Shown: in pieces, positions 27,501 through 37,450 of the stretch
Position numbering within the stretch: position 1 is the first letter of the stretch
Layout of the letters: the number at the start of each line of letters is the position of its first letter
Origin: Haliotis cracherodii
Lineage: Eukaryota
DNA: 64,000 nt
Direction of reading: 5' to 3'
NCBI RefSeq assembly: GCF_022045235.1
Contig: NW_027266319.1
Coordinates: forward strand, 47,120,001-47,184,000
Position numbers and translations under genes: made by a program
Notes under the pieces: model-generated
Told to the model about the DNA's origin: nothing
The model's input: the letters and a program-made list of their open reading frames with translations, nothing else
The model's database searches: none

Positions 27501-27871
27501 TCAGAGTGACAGACCGTGTAAATATTTGGCAACCACGCTGCTAGTCCCGGTGACTGAACCAGTAACCTGCATGAACCCTTTCAACGAATATCCCAACCCC
27601 ACTACCGACACATGTCGTACTTGTGTATCCTAGTGCACACGAGTTATTCCATTCAACAATGAGTTTGTAGCTTGGCCCTGTCAATCAAATGCCAGATCAC
27701 ATCACCACCGCAGAATTCACTCTGTTTCTTGTGATGCACGTGCATGCTAGTTTTTGCACAGGCAACACGGACGACCTTCAGAGACTCGCCGATACCGCAT
27801 GTCATTTTGTTGAGGGATGATAGGATGACTTCGGGGGTTAGTAAGGGCCGTGTACAATATCCATCCTCCAA
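576..27871 (-). CDS. Putative multi-exon host gene, unknown protein (3' part). Exons 27871-27796, 27677-27567, 24014-23903, 8651-8554, 7759-7634, 622-576 (stop TGA)
   Basis: Six unique-sequence islands with canonical AG acceptors and GT donors; phases chain 0>1>1>2>1>1>stop into one open frame: LEDGYCTRPLLTPEVILSSLNKMTC/GPSYKLIVEWNNSCALGYTSTTCVGSGVGIFVERVHA/GGDLQSETEREATATRSALHIQQPGFRFHVTDRQRSH/QLTLGDADYHTSQTASPWQRESCGQHVTELTQL/VVKLKPLLEGGPSLHFGPWRVTTLPTAGNNSCTHSRDLETGH/ASLRYCGEWKQVIIN*. In the 8651 and 7759 exons the two other frames contain stops. No homologue recognised. Confidence 0.6.
670..3450. repeat. 58-bp minisatellite (AGACACAGCCCACCTTGTGTGTTTGCTGTGTTGGTTGACTGAACAGACTGAACACTGC) with ~49-bp deletion variants
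   Basis: Roughly 48 tandem units; source of the Cys/Val/Gln periodic ORFs. Confidence 0.97.
3455..7600. repeat. 48-bp diverged minisatellite (CATGTTTCACATTCCTGTCTCTCGGCGTGACAAACATTACTTATTCGT), with a homogenised 49-bp sub-array at ~3565-4070
   Basis: 16-aa periodic ORFs (MFHIPVSRRDKHYLFV); interrupted by a SINE at 6995-7339. Confidence 0.97.
6995..7339 (+). mobile_element. Full-length tRNA-derived SINE with a Meta/MESC-like central domain
   Basis: A box TGGTCTTGCGG, B box GTTCGATCC, core GTCATACCAAAATACTTTAAAAGATGGTAC..., tail ...GCGACGTTAAACCC; TSD TATTCTATA at 6986-6994 and 7340-7348. Superfamily named from recall. Confidence 0.88.
8890..9758. repeat. 31-33-bp minisatellite (ACAGTCATATTGTCAGTAACAACATAGATATAT)
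   Basis: Tandem periodicity read directly. Confidence 0.93.
9807..10056 (+). mobile_element. 5'-truncated Nin/Deu-type SINE
   Basis: GACCCGTGAAGATCCGGGTAGAGAATAGG...ATGCTTGTCGTAAGAGGCG core and GAGTGCGGCGTTAAACAACAAA tail; second copy at 47417-47636; extra tail copies at ~10141-10197, ~10221-10290, ~10945-11020 (-) and ~15030-15132. Confidence 0.8.
10300..10940. repeat. 35-bp minisatellite (ACACCGTCATATCGCCAATAACAACATAGATATAC), related to the 8890-9758 array
   Basis: Shares GTCATAT...TAACAACATAGATAT with the upstream array. Confidence 0.9.
11759..13291 (+). mobile_element. Decayed Tc1-family DNA transposon
   Basis: Imperfect TIRs: left GCGGCAAATGAAAGTATAGGTTG (11759-11781) versus the reverse complement of right CGACCTAGACTTTCTTTTGCCGCCCAGTT (13263-13291), followed by TA; encloses a transposase pseudogene. 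Confidence 0.85.
12010..13013 (+). pseudogene. Tc1 DD34E transposase pseudogene
   Basis: HTH region, DRPRTGRPRVTT, VLFTDESRF, GGGGVMVWGGI, FQHDNARPH; frameshift at ~12765; WPAHSPDMNPIEHLWD; further lesion before GGHTRY. Confidence 0.93.
13912..14891. mobile_element. MITE-like foldback element(s) with reiterated left end
   Basis: ACGAAAGCCTAATGGTGCCA motif at ~13914, ~14184 and ~14418, inverted at ~14860-14891; internal TTCTCGTTATTTC subrepeats flip orientation near 14590. Confidence 0.7.
15226..15850 (-). pseudogene. Mariner transposase relic
   Basis: TMGETWVHHFSAESKQQSKQWKHSTSPPPKNVKTVPSAAKFM matches the mariner TGDETWVHHY.PE.KQQS.QW...SP.PKK.KT.PSAGKVM motif; frameshifted. Confidence 0.85.
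16050..17571 (+). mobile_element. Full-length Tc1-family transposon (1522 bp)
   Basis: Perfect 39-bp TIRs TACTAGCCACATAAAGAAACTGTGCACGGAGAAAATATA (16050-16088 and 17533-17571), flanked by TA on both sides. Confidence 0.97.
16356..17369 (+). CDS. Tc1 transposase, DD34E, 337 aa, uninterrupted
   Basis: MPRLTAAQR start, HTH, RSGRPRVTT, FTDESRF, QQDNARPH, 34 residues between the second D and the E of SPDLSPIE, C-terminal GGHTRY. Confidence 0.95.
   Translation: MPRLTAAQRHEAIGMTRPGMRQQQVATHFQCHRNTISTLVRRYQNTNDVADHPRSGRPRVTTPRQDRWIRVTHLRHRFQTAVTTSQTIPGLRRIHPNTVRNRLRQYGIRPRRPAIRPILTHRHRVNRLRWCRNHVRQPRIWWRNVVFTDESRFNISHSDRRQRVYRRLGERYARNCIVERNRFGGGSVIIWGGITARHRIPLVVVQGNLTGVGYRDQILRPVVIPFLQRHGPGLTFQQDNARPHTARVAMDFLHHNNVMLLPWPAISPDLSPIEHVLDEMDRRLRRLPHPPDNVRDLAQDLRRIWQAIPQAFHAHLMDSMRCRCTAVIHAQGGHTRY
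18397..19548 (-). CDS. B-box-like zinc finger + CCDC106-like C-terminal domain protein (terminal exon or disrupted gene)
   Basis: 1152-nt open frame after acceptor-like TTTGTTTCTAG (exon start 19548); KKRK NLS-like; CGHC-x8-C-x4-C...CDVC-x4-H-x8-H; C-terminal ERYQTVL...VARQTLVDAIAIAELKIVDP...IIPF resembles recalled CCDC106 RYKKIL...[20 protein letters not shown]...LLP. Confidence 0.7.
   Translation of the reverse strand: MGKLCYAVNLRRQTKWCLKDLIKEYFDKNYPSILVPPLVTDRIYLFPGSARRMWQITPSTKTSCSGAKKRKASGEGDSGVDIKNDIRQPSEHTQVMTPAEIKQEVCSTSTFNNRAETPVEEAQFRDVSRVPTSANGIVLCGHCREMRATLCCMEKSCVSFAYRTWHMTSLFICDVCDITFHDSNPVMAEHLRSRLLIRNYNIDTSPQSEATPVSLHENENTSPSLGPSDATLTAPPHLLLDEVPQADAPRQHAQKSSVPARLPGRQLSNLLMRVHERYQTVLQHNVSHHCPLTETFRETKVARQTLVDAIAIAELKIVDPARYDEVIASYRDDVVAPRMLDVETVCRRILKDYTDAINELRGKSIIPFRFNMYVPRGKPEHNS
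19626..20850 (-). mobile_element. 5'-truncated decayed non-LTR retrotransposon (RT C-terminal region; RTEX/L2-CR1-like)
   Basis: WELHVNI, YTYLGIIF, VLPILT.GS-VWG...IERIHLKFLR, IADEFHYVFRC motifs with frameshifts; 3' end AATAAA followed by a (TTCTGA)n tail at 19626-19653. Confidence 0.88.
21335..23130. repeat. 60/62/71-bp minisatellite (GTGGTATCAAACCTAACGAGGGACGCATAAAACCCCATGTATACCCCTCGTGATAAGGGCGA)
   Basis: Tandem units with an internal inverted pair ACGAGGG/CCCTCGT. Confidence 0.96.
23131..23765. repeat. Degenerate ~21-bp repeat (GGGTTATATACAGTCACAATA)
   Basis: Diverged tandem periodicity. Confidence 0.85.
24673..27488. mobile_element. MITE-like DNA element (outer), interrupted by a Kolobok-like insertion
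   Basis: Inverted ends TATCAGGCGCCGTTTTACTATTTA (24673-24696) and TAAATAGTAACACGGCGCCTCATA (27465-27488); TGATATCAATAATTC-type subrepeats on both sides. Confidence 0.75.
24866..26915. mobile_element. Kolobok-like non-autonomous DNA transposon (2050 bp)
   Basis: TTAA TSD (24862-24865, 26916-26919); ~76-bp near-perfect TIRs beginning AGGGGCACTGATCTAACGCAATT; purine-starting termini favour Kolobok over piggyBac (CCY). Confidence 0.85.
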
Positions 27872-28528
27872 CTAAGACGGACACCCTGCTATTGGTGCGA
27901 GTAACGAGTGTATCATTACGCGTTACAATTTATCTGACAAAAATAAAGTTAAAACGTGGAAGCTCACCCAAGCGTTAACTCCTATAGTGGCCAGTGTTAG
28001 ATGATAACTAAATCAATTGGTTCGCGAAGCGCTACTTCCGGTGCCAGATTTTCGGCGGCAAGTAATATTCATTATCTAGTTCTACTTTCGAAATGCGCGA
28101 TCGCCAAGGCGAAATGTGCTGGACGGGACCAAGTATTTTTGTCGTAGCTGTTTTTGTCGAAAGGTGGACTTTCTAATATCCCGGCCATATTGCCATGGTA
28201 TACTGTTATCTGATAGGACCAACAATGCCATTGAAGCTTTAAGACTTTCGCTTAAAGCAAGAGATTTAGGAGATAAACTTTTGACATTAAGAAAATCTAT
28301 GTCATAATTAGTCTCTTGGTTTTTATTTTTGGCAGCTGTAGTTGAAAATACTATCCAGTCTCCATACAAAATTCTAGCCTAAATCCTTTTAGCCCTGCCT
28401 CTAAATATAATGTTTTTGCCTAAGTAAATAAACTGGCAGTTAGATCAATCCTATTTCAGATGACTGGTCAAGAATAATGTTTGTGTGCTATTGTGAACTA
28501 GTGTATTTGCGATATAGTGTTGAGAATA

Positions 28529-29023
28529 CTTGGTCTTGTGCCACAAACGGTGAATGTACGATATGGTGTCACTGATACTTGGCCTTGTGCCGCTAACGGT
28601 GAATGTACGATATGGTGTCACTGATACTTGGCCTTGTGCCGCTAGCGGTGAATGTACGAAATGGTGTCACTGATACTTGGCCTTGTGCCGCTAACGGTGA
28701 ATGTACGATATGGTGTCACTGATACTTGGCCTTGTGCCGCTAACGGTGAATGTACGATATGGTGTCACTGATACTTGGCCTTGTGCCGCTAACGGTGAAT
28801 GTACGATATGGTGTCACTGATACTTGGCCTTGTGCCGCTAACGGTGAATGTACGATATGGTGTCACTGATACTTGGCCTTGTGCCGCTAACGGTGAATGT
28901 ACGATATGGTGTCACTGATACTTGGCCTTGTGCCGCTAACGGTGAATGTACGATATGGTGTCACTGATACTTGGCCTTGTGCCGCTAACGGTGAATGTAC
29001 GATATGGTGTCACTGATACTTGG
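28529..29023. repeat. 49-bp near-perfect minisatellite x10 (CTTGGCCTTGTGCCGCTAACGGTGAATGTACGATATGGTGTCACTGATA)
   Basis: Head-to-tail near-identical units, no spacers. Confidence 0.97.
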
Positions 29024-30558
29024 CCCATCCACTTACCTACGCCCCTTCCACACAGCCATCCACTTACCTGCTCCCCTTCCACACACCAATCCACTTACCT
29101 GCTCCCCTTCCTCACACCCACCCACTTACCTGCTCCCCTTCCACACACCCACCCACTTACCTGCTCCCCTTCCACACACCCACCCACTTACCTACTCCCC
29201 TTCCACACACCCATCCACTTACCTACTCCCCTTCCACACACCCACCCACTTACCTCCTCCCCTTCCACACACCCATCCACTTACCTGCTCCCCTTCCACA
29301 CACCCACCCACTTACCTACTCCCCTTCCACACACCCATCCACTTACCTGCTCCCCTTCCACACAGCCATCCACTTACCTGCTCCCCTTCCACACACCCAT
29401 CCACTTACCTGCTCCCCTTCCACACACCCACCCACTTACCAACTCCCCTTCCACACACCCATCCACTTACCTGCTCCCCTTCCACACACCCACCCACTTA
29501 CCTACTCCCCTTCCACACACCCACCCACTTACCTACTCCCCTTCCACACACCCACCCACTTACCTACTCCCCTTCCACACACCCACCCACTTACCTGCTC
29601 CCCTTCCTCACACCCACCCACTTACCTGCTCCCCTTCCACACACCCATCCACTTACCTGCTCCCCTTCCTCACACCCACCCACTTACCTGCTCCCCTTCC
29701 ACACACCCACCCACTTACCTGCTCCCCTTCCTCACACCCACCCACTTACCTGCTCCCCTTCCACACACCCACCCACTTACCTGCTCCCCTTCCTCACACC
29801 CACCCACTTACCTGCTCCCCTTCCACACACCCATCCACTTACCTGCTCCCCTTCCTCACACCCACCCACTTACCTGCCCCCCTTCCACACACCCACCCAC
29901 TTACCTGCTCCCCTTCCTCACACCCACCCACTTACCTGCTCCCCTTCCTCACACCCACCCACTTACCTGCTCCCCTTCCACACACCCACCCACTTACCTG
30001 CTCCCCTTCCTCACACCCACCCACTTACCTACTCCCCTTCCTCACACCCACCCACTTACCTACTCCCCTTCCACACACCCACCCACTTACCTGCTCCCCT
30101 TCCTCACACCCACCCACTTACCTACTCCCCTTCCACACACCCACCCACTTACCTACTCCCCTTCCTCACACCCACCCACTTACCTACTCCCCTTCCACAC
30201 ACCCACCCACTTACCTCCTCCCCTTCCTCACACCCACCCACTTACCTGCTCCCCTTCCTCACACCCACCCACTTACCTCCTCCCCTTCCTCACACCCATC
30301 CACTTACCTGCTCCCCTTCCTCACACCCACCCACTTACCTGCTCCCCTTCCACACACCAATCCACTTACCTGCCCCCCTTCCACACAGCCATCCACTTAC
30401 CTGCTCCCCTTCCACACACCCACCCACTTACCCCCCACCCCACCCCACCCCACCCCGCGCACACACACACCTTCTACACACCCATCCACTTACCTGCTCC
30501 CCATCCACACACCCATCCACTTACCCCCCCCCCCCCCTTACACACACCAATCCACTTA

Positions 30559-30560
<2 letters not shown>
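29024..30560. repeat. 31-bp C-rich minisatellite (CCACTTACCTGCTCCCCTTCCACACACCCAC), ~49 units
   Basis: ACTTACC recurs every 31 bp (29031, 29062, 29093...); all three + frames are open, so the P/H/T ORFs are artefacts. Confidence 0.97.

Positions 30561-30646
<86 letters not shown>
30561..30646. repeat. (AC)43 microsatellite
   Basis: Perfect dinucleotide run. Confidence 0.98.
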
Positions 30647-30648
<2 letters not shown>

Positions 30649-30703
30649 TCTACACACCCATTCACTTTCCTGCTCCCCGTCCACACACCCATCCACTACT
30701 TAC

Positions 30704-31036
30704 CATGTGATACACCTCTCCACATATACACAAGTCAACTGGACTGTCATGTGATACACCTCTCCACATATACATTAGTCAACTTGACTGCCATGTGATA
30801 CACCTTTCCACATATACATCAGCCAATTTGACTGCCATGTGATACACCTCTCCACATATACATGTGATGAACCTTTCCACATATACATCAGTCAACTGGA
30901 CTGTGATGTGATACACCTCTCCACGTATACATCAGTCAACTCGACTGTCATGTGATACACCTCTCCACATAAACACAAGTCAACTGGACTGACTCTCATG
31001 TGATACACCTCTCCACGTGTAAAACAGTCAACTTGA
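30704..31036. repeat. ~44-bp minisatellite (CATGTGATACACCTCTCCACATATACATCAGTCAACTGGACTGT)
   Basis: About 8 units. Confidence 0.9.
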
Positions 31037-31279
31037 CCTCATTATTATGTCAAATGCACAACAATTCCTGTGTATTTGTTTACGGCGATTGGTTTTGGCG
31101 AAAACAATAAACCTGTTATAACTATTAATAAAATAAACATTGTGCGTCAGGTGTATATTCAGATATACCGTCTCGAGACCGACTCAATACCCATATGTAA
31201 GCTTTAGATTTACTTTTGTGTGAAGCGCCTGTATAATACATCTCGCGATTTTATCAGCCTATGCTTCAATGCAGTAGAT

Positions 31280-31950
31280 GCATATTACTGATAAATGTAT
31301 CTACATTTTGGAATATAGGTATTACTGACAGCAGTATCCACATTGAGTGTTACACATGAAAACATTAATCCAACATCTTTCAATGAGGGTGAGTCACAAG
31401 CACGATTTGTTCGTTCAGACCCTATATGTGTGTGAATCGGTGACCCAGCATAGATGCTTGACTTAATCGACATTGGGACATCGTTGAGTTGACAATCTAT
31501 TTTCCTTGGACGCTTTCCGCCTTTGAATGTTCAAACACAACTCTTGGTTGCACTGTAAAGCAATCTCTATTTGCATGGGTGATCGTGCACAACATTGAGG
31601 GAACATTGTGGGCCATAACTGGTTGATCAGTGTCGTCCACGAGCACCACAAAAGCTGCATGATTCTGCCCAATCTTTAGACCAAGGTTGAGGTTATCTAA
31701 TCCTTTAATTAAATCAGTGATGTCTCAAAAGAACACCCATGCTGATAGGACTATTCCTTGTCCGACTCCCTGTCTGTCTGGAAAAGCAGGACTTTTGTGA
31801 CCATTATATTGGTCACAAGCAGACGAGCCCTTATAAGAGTGTCTAAGTGCCATGCCCGACCACGCACAGCATGGTTTATATGTTCAGCATGTTCATTTTG
31901 ATAGGGAGACAAGAAGTCATAGTAATACTCAGACCAGAGAGTACAGATCA
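31280..31950 (-). pseudogene. Non-LTR retrotransposon reverse transcriptase relic
   Basis: Manual translation RQGVGQGIVLSAWVFF*DITDLIKGL...GLKIG...VVLVDDT contains the GVxQG and (Y/L)ADD-equivalent RT motifs, with an internal stop; boundaries approximate. Confidence 0.72.
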
Positions 31951-31969
31951 ACGTAGGCGTGATGCGTTT

Positions 31970-33290
31970 GGCGTATGTGATTGATTATTGTAACTATGAT
32001 GAGACTGGTTTATATGATTGATAAATTTAGCTATGATGGGAATGGTTTATATGATTGATAAATTTAGCTGTGGTGAGAATGGTTTATGTGATTGATAATG
32101 TAGCAATGATGAGAATGGTTTATATGATTGATAAATGTAGCTATGATGAGAATGGTTTATATGATTGATAAGTGTAGCTATGATGAGGCTGGTTATTCGA
32201 TTGATAAATGTAGCTATGATGAGACTGGTTTCTATGATTGATAAATTTAGCTATGATGAGGCTGGTTATATATGATTGATAAATGTAGATATGATGAGAC
32301 TGGTTTATATGATTGATAAATTTAGCTATGGTGAGACTGGTTTATATGATTGATAAATGTAACTATGATGAGACTGGTTTATATGATTGATAAATTTAGC
32401 TATGATGAGACTGGTTTTTATGATTGATAAATGTAGCTATGATGAGGCTGGTGTATATGATTGATCAATGTGGATATGATGAGACTGGTTTATATGATTG
32501 ATAAATTTAGCTATGGTGAGACTTGTTTATATGATTGATAAATGTAACTATGATGAGACTTGTTTATATGATTGATAAATTTAGCTATGATGCGAATGGT
32601 TTATATGATTGATAAATGTATCGATGATGAGGCTGGTTTATATAATTCATAAAAGTAACTATGATGTGACTGGTTTATATGATTGATTAATGTTTTGATG
32701 GTGAGGCTGGTTTATATGATTGATAAATGTAGATATGATAAGACCGGTTTATATGATTGATAAATGTAGCTATGATGAGACTGGTTTATATGATTGATAA
32801 ATTTAGCTATGGTGAGACTTGTTTATGTGATGGATAAATTTAGCTATGGTTAGACTGGTTTATATGATTGATAAATGTAACTGTGATGAGTCTGGTTTAT
32901 ATGATTGAAAACTGTAGCTATGATGAGAATGGTTTATATGATTGAAAAATGTAGCTATGATGAGGCTGCTTTATATGATTGATAAATGTAGATATGATGA
33001 GAAGGGTTTATATGATTGATTAATGTATCGATGATGAGGCTGGTTTATATAATTGATAAATGTAGATATGATGAGACTGGTTTATATGATTGATGAATTT
33101 AGCTATGATGAGAATGGTTTATATGATTGAAAAATGTAGCTATGATGAGAATGGTTTATATGATTGATAAATTTAGCTACGATGAGAATGGTTTATAAGA
33201 TTGATAAATTTAGCTATGATGAGACTGGTTTATATGATTGATAAATGTAGCTATGATGAGGCTGGTTTATATTATTGATAAATGTATGAT
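31970..33290. repeat. 37-bp minisatellite (ATGATTGATAAATGTAGCTATGATGAGACTGGTTTAT)
   Basis: Tandem periodicity. Confidence 0.96.
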
Positions 33291-33307
33291 TGCTTAATGT
33301 GACTTAA

Positions 33308-33368
33308 TCGAACCCGGCTCTTCGGCGTGACGAGCGAACGCTTTAACCACTAGGCTAGCCGACCGCCC
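33308..33368 (-). mobile_element. Head fragment of the tRNA-Asp-like SINE
   Basis: Nearly identical to 41861-41921. Confidence 0.85.
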
Positions 33369-33809
33369 GTTTGTCTGTAGAGAGGCCATGAGGCACACAG
33401 TAAAATTAATAATACACTTTCCATATATTTTGCAGAGCGACATGCCATATTGAAGAATGGTATTCAAACAGTTTGTCTAGACGTAAACTCCATATCTCGT
33501 CAAATAGTTAAAACAAATATTTGTATTTGATTTATAATCAATTTAACAAACTTTGTTATTCTGTGATAATAAAAGTAGTATTTTGGGATGTACAACTCTC
33601 TTAGATGTTGATTATGTTGACAAAGCCAAAGTACATAATATCCATCTTCAAACTCCGTATGGCAGTTTAAACTACGAGCCCGATTTGGTTCTTCGTTAAA
33701 TGAGCGTCTATATATGTGTATCTTAAAATCATTTCTTCGACGTCTAAATTTAATAATGGCTCTTGGAAATTGTTGAAAATTTATATCTTTTAAATAAGAA
33801 AAATAGGAT

Positions 33810-35878
33810 TGTGTATATGATTAATCAATGTAGCTATGTTGTGGTTGGTGTGTATGTAGTGATTGGCGTATATGATTAATTAATGTGGCTATGTTGTGGT
33901 TGGTGTATATGATTAATTAATGTAGCTATGTTGTGGTTGGTGTATATGATTAATCAATGTAGCTATGTTGTGGTTGGTGTGTATGTAGTGGTTGGTGTAT
34001 ATGATTAATTAATGTGGCTATGTTGTGGTTGGTGTATATGATTAATTAATGTAGCTATGTTGTGGTTGGTGTATATGATTAATTCATGTAGCTATGTTGT
34101 GGTTGGTGTGTATGAAGTGATTGGCGTATATGATTAATCAATGTAGCTATGTTGTGGTTGGTGTATATGATTAATTAATGTGGCTATGTTGTGGTTGGTG
34201 TATATGATTAATTCATGTAGCTATGTTGTGGTTGGTGTGTATGAAGTGATTGGCGTATATGATTAATCAATGTAGCTATGTTGTGGTTGGTGTATATGAT
34301 TAATCAATGTCGCTATGTTGTGGTTGGTGTGTATGTAGTGATTGGCGTATATGATTAATTAATGTAGCTATGTTGTGGTTGGTGTGTATGATTAATCAAT
34401 GTAGCTATGTTGTGGCTGGTGTATATGATTAATTCATGTAGCTATGTTGTTGTTGGCGTATATGATTATTTAATGTAGTTATGCTTTGGTTGATGTTTAT
34501 GTTGTGGTTGGCGTATATGATTAATTAATGTAGCTATGTTGTGGTTGGCGTATATGATTAATCAATGTCGCTATGTTGTGGTTGGCGTATATGATTAATC
34601 AATGTCGCTATGTTGTGGTTGGTGTATATGATTAATCAATGTAGCTATGTTGTGGTTGGTGTATATGATTAATTCATGTAGCTATGTTGTGGTTGGTGTG
34701 TATGAAGTGATTGGCGTATATGATTAATCAATGTAGCTATGTTGTGGTTGGTGTATATGATTAATCAATGTCGCTATGTTGTGGTTGGTGTGGATGTAGT
34801 GATTGGCGTATATGATTAATTAATGTAGCTATGTTGTGGTTGGTGTGTATGATTAATCAATGTAGCTATGTTGTGGCTGGTGTATATGATTAATTCATGT
34901 AGCTATGTTGTTGTTGGCGTATATGATTATTTAATGTAGTTATGCTTTGGTTGATGTTTATGTTGTGGTTGGCGTATATGATTAATTAATGTAGCTATGT
35001 TGTGGTTGGCGTATATGATTAATTAATGTAGCTATGTTGTGGTTGATGTATATGATTAATTAATGTAGCAATGCTTTGATTGGCGTATATGATTAATTAA
35101 TGTAGCTATGCTGTGGTTGGTGTGTATGTAGTGATTGGCGTATATGATTAATTTATGTAGCTATGTTGTGGATGGTGTGTATGATTAATCAGTGCCGCTA
35201 TGTTGTGGTTGGTGTATATTATTAATTAATGTAGTTATGCTGTGGTTGGTGTTTATGTTGTGGTTGGCGTATATGATTAATTATTCTCGCTATGTTGTGG
35301 TTGGCGTATTTGATAAATTGATGTCAGTATGTTGTGGTTGCCGTATATAAATCATTAATGTAGCTATGCTGTGGTTGGCGTATATGATACATTTTTGTCG
35401 CTATGTTGTGGTTGGCGTATATGATTAATTAATGAAGCTATGTTGTGGTTGATGTTTATGATTAATTAATGTAGTTATGTTGTTGTTGGCGTATATGATT
35501 ATTTAATGTAGTTATGCTGTGGTTGATGTTTATGTTGTGGTTGGCGTATATGATTAATTAATGTAGCTATGTTGTGGTTGGCGTATATGATTAATTAATG
35601 TAGCTATGTTGTGGTTGATGTATATGATTAATTAATGTAGCTATGTTGTGGTTGGCGTATATGATTAATTAATGTAGCTATGTTGTGGTTGATGTATATG
35701 ATTAATTAATGTAGCTATGCTTTGATTGGCGTATATGATTAATTAATGTAGCTATGCTGTGGTTGGTGTGTATGTAGTGATTGGCGTATATGATTAATTT
35801 ATGTAGCTATGTTGTGGATGGTCTGTATGATTAATCAATGCCGCTATGTTGTGGTTGGTGTATATGACTGATTAATGT
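33810..35878. repeat. 37-bp minisatellite (ATGATTAATTAATGTAGCTATGTTGTGGTTGGTGTAT) with insertion variants
   Basis: Tandem periodicity; same length and skeleton as the 31970-33290 unit. Confidence 0.96.
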
Positions 35879-35909
35879 ATCTGTGGTGAGGTCGATGTTA
35901 TATAGCTGA

Positions 35910-36447
35910 GTGCTCCCTTCTCCTTCAACAGTCAGTGTTGTCATGCACATGTTCCCTTCTCCTTCAACAGTCAATATTGTCATGCACACGTTCCCTTGTC
36001 CTTCAACAGTCAATATTGTCATGCACACGCTCCCTTCACCTTCAACAATCAATATTGTCATGCACACGTTCCCTTGTCCTTCAACAGTCAGTGTTGTCAT
36101 GCACACGCTCCCTTCACCTTCAACAATCAATATTGTCATGCACACGTTCCCTTCACCTTCAACAATCAATATTGTCATGCACACGTTCCCTTCACCTTCA
36201 ACAATCAATATTGTCATGCACACGTTCCCTTCTCCTTCAACAGTCAGTGTTGTCATGCACACGTTCCCTTGTCCTTCAACAGTCAGTGTTGTCATGCACA
36301 CGCTCCCTTCACCTTCAACAATCAATATTGTCATGCACACGTTCCCTTCACCTTCAACAATCAATATTGTCATGCACACGCTCCCTTCACCTTCAACAAT
36401 CAATATTGTCATGCACACGTTCCCTTCTCCTTCAACAGTCAATATTT
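35910..36447. repeat. 39-bp minisatellite (TTCCCTTCTCCTTCAACAGTCAATATTGTCATGCACACG)
   Basis: 13-aa periodic ORFs in four frames. Confidence 0.96.
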
Positions 36448-36596
36448 TAATGTGCCTGACCCGTGGCCTAGTATCAGCCACTTCAGCCCGCCCTAGGTTG
36501 GTGACACCACCCACCACTCAACATTGCATGGAAAATACGATGATTCCTTGTATATTCATCACAACTCTAATAAGCTATTGATTTGTAACAGTCGGA

Positions 36597-37450
36597 CGGG
36601 TCTTCATTACCCCCTGTCTGGAGACTGGGTCAACATTACTCCCTGTCTGGAGACTGGGTCTACATTACTCACTGTCTGGAGACTTGGTCTACATTACTCC
36701 CTGTCTGGAGACTGGGTCTACATTACTCCCTGTCTGGAGACTGGATTTACATTACTCCCTGTCTGGAGACTTTGTCTACATTACTCCCTTTCTGGAAACT
36801 GGGTCTGCATTACTCACTGTCTGGAGACTGGATCTACATTACTCCCTGTTTGGAGACTGGGTCTACATTACTCCCTGTCTGGAGACTGGATCTACATTAC
36901 TCCCTGTTTGGAGACTGGGTCTACATTACTCCCTGTCTGGAGACTGGGTCTACATTACTCACTGTCTGGAGACTTGATCTACATTAGTCCCTGTCTGGAG
37001 ACTGGGTCTCATTACTCCCTGTCTGGAGACTTCATCTACATTACTCCCTGTCTGGAGACTGGGTCTACATTACTCCCTTTCTGGAGACTGGGTCTACACT
37101 ACCCACTGTCTGGAGTCTGGGTCTACATTACTCCCTGTCTGGAGACTGGGTCTACATTACTCCCTCTCTGGAGACTGGGTCTACATTAATCCCTGTCTGG
37201 AGACTGGATTTACATTACTCCCTGTCTGGAGACTGGATTTACATTACTCCCTTTCTGGAGACTGGGTCTGCATTACTCACTGTCTGGAGACTGGGTCTAC
37301 ATTACTCCCTGTCTGGAGACTGGGTCTACATTAATCCCTGTCTGGAGACTGGGTCTACATTACTCCCTGTCTGGAGACTGGATCTACATTACTCGCTGTT
37401 TGGAGATTGGATCTACATTACTCCTTGTCCCGAAACTTGGTCTACATTAG
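36597..37450. repeat. 29-bp minisatellite (CTGGAGACTGGGTCTACATTACTCCCTGT)
   Basis: Tandem periodicity. Confidence 0.96.

Noticed and set aside
28529-29023. CRISPR-like regular repeats (also 38175-39085 and 39660-40776)
   Set aside because: Head-to-tail units without unique spacers, no cas genes, eukaryotic context.
28946-30798. 571-602-aa Pro/His/Thr-rich ORFs resembling extensin or mucin
   Set aside because: All three frames are open because the 31-bp unit has no stop codon; a repeat artefact.
35831-36581. 223-228-aa ORFs with 13-aa repeats
   Set aside because: The 39-bp minisatellite is open in four frames; only the short unique 36461-36519 part may be exonic.
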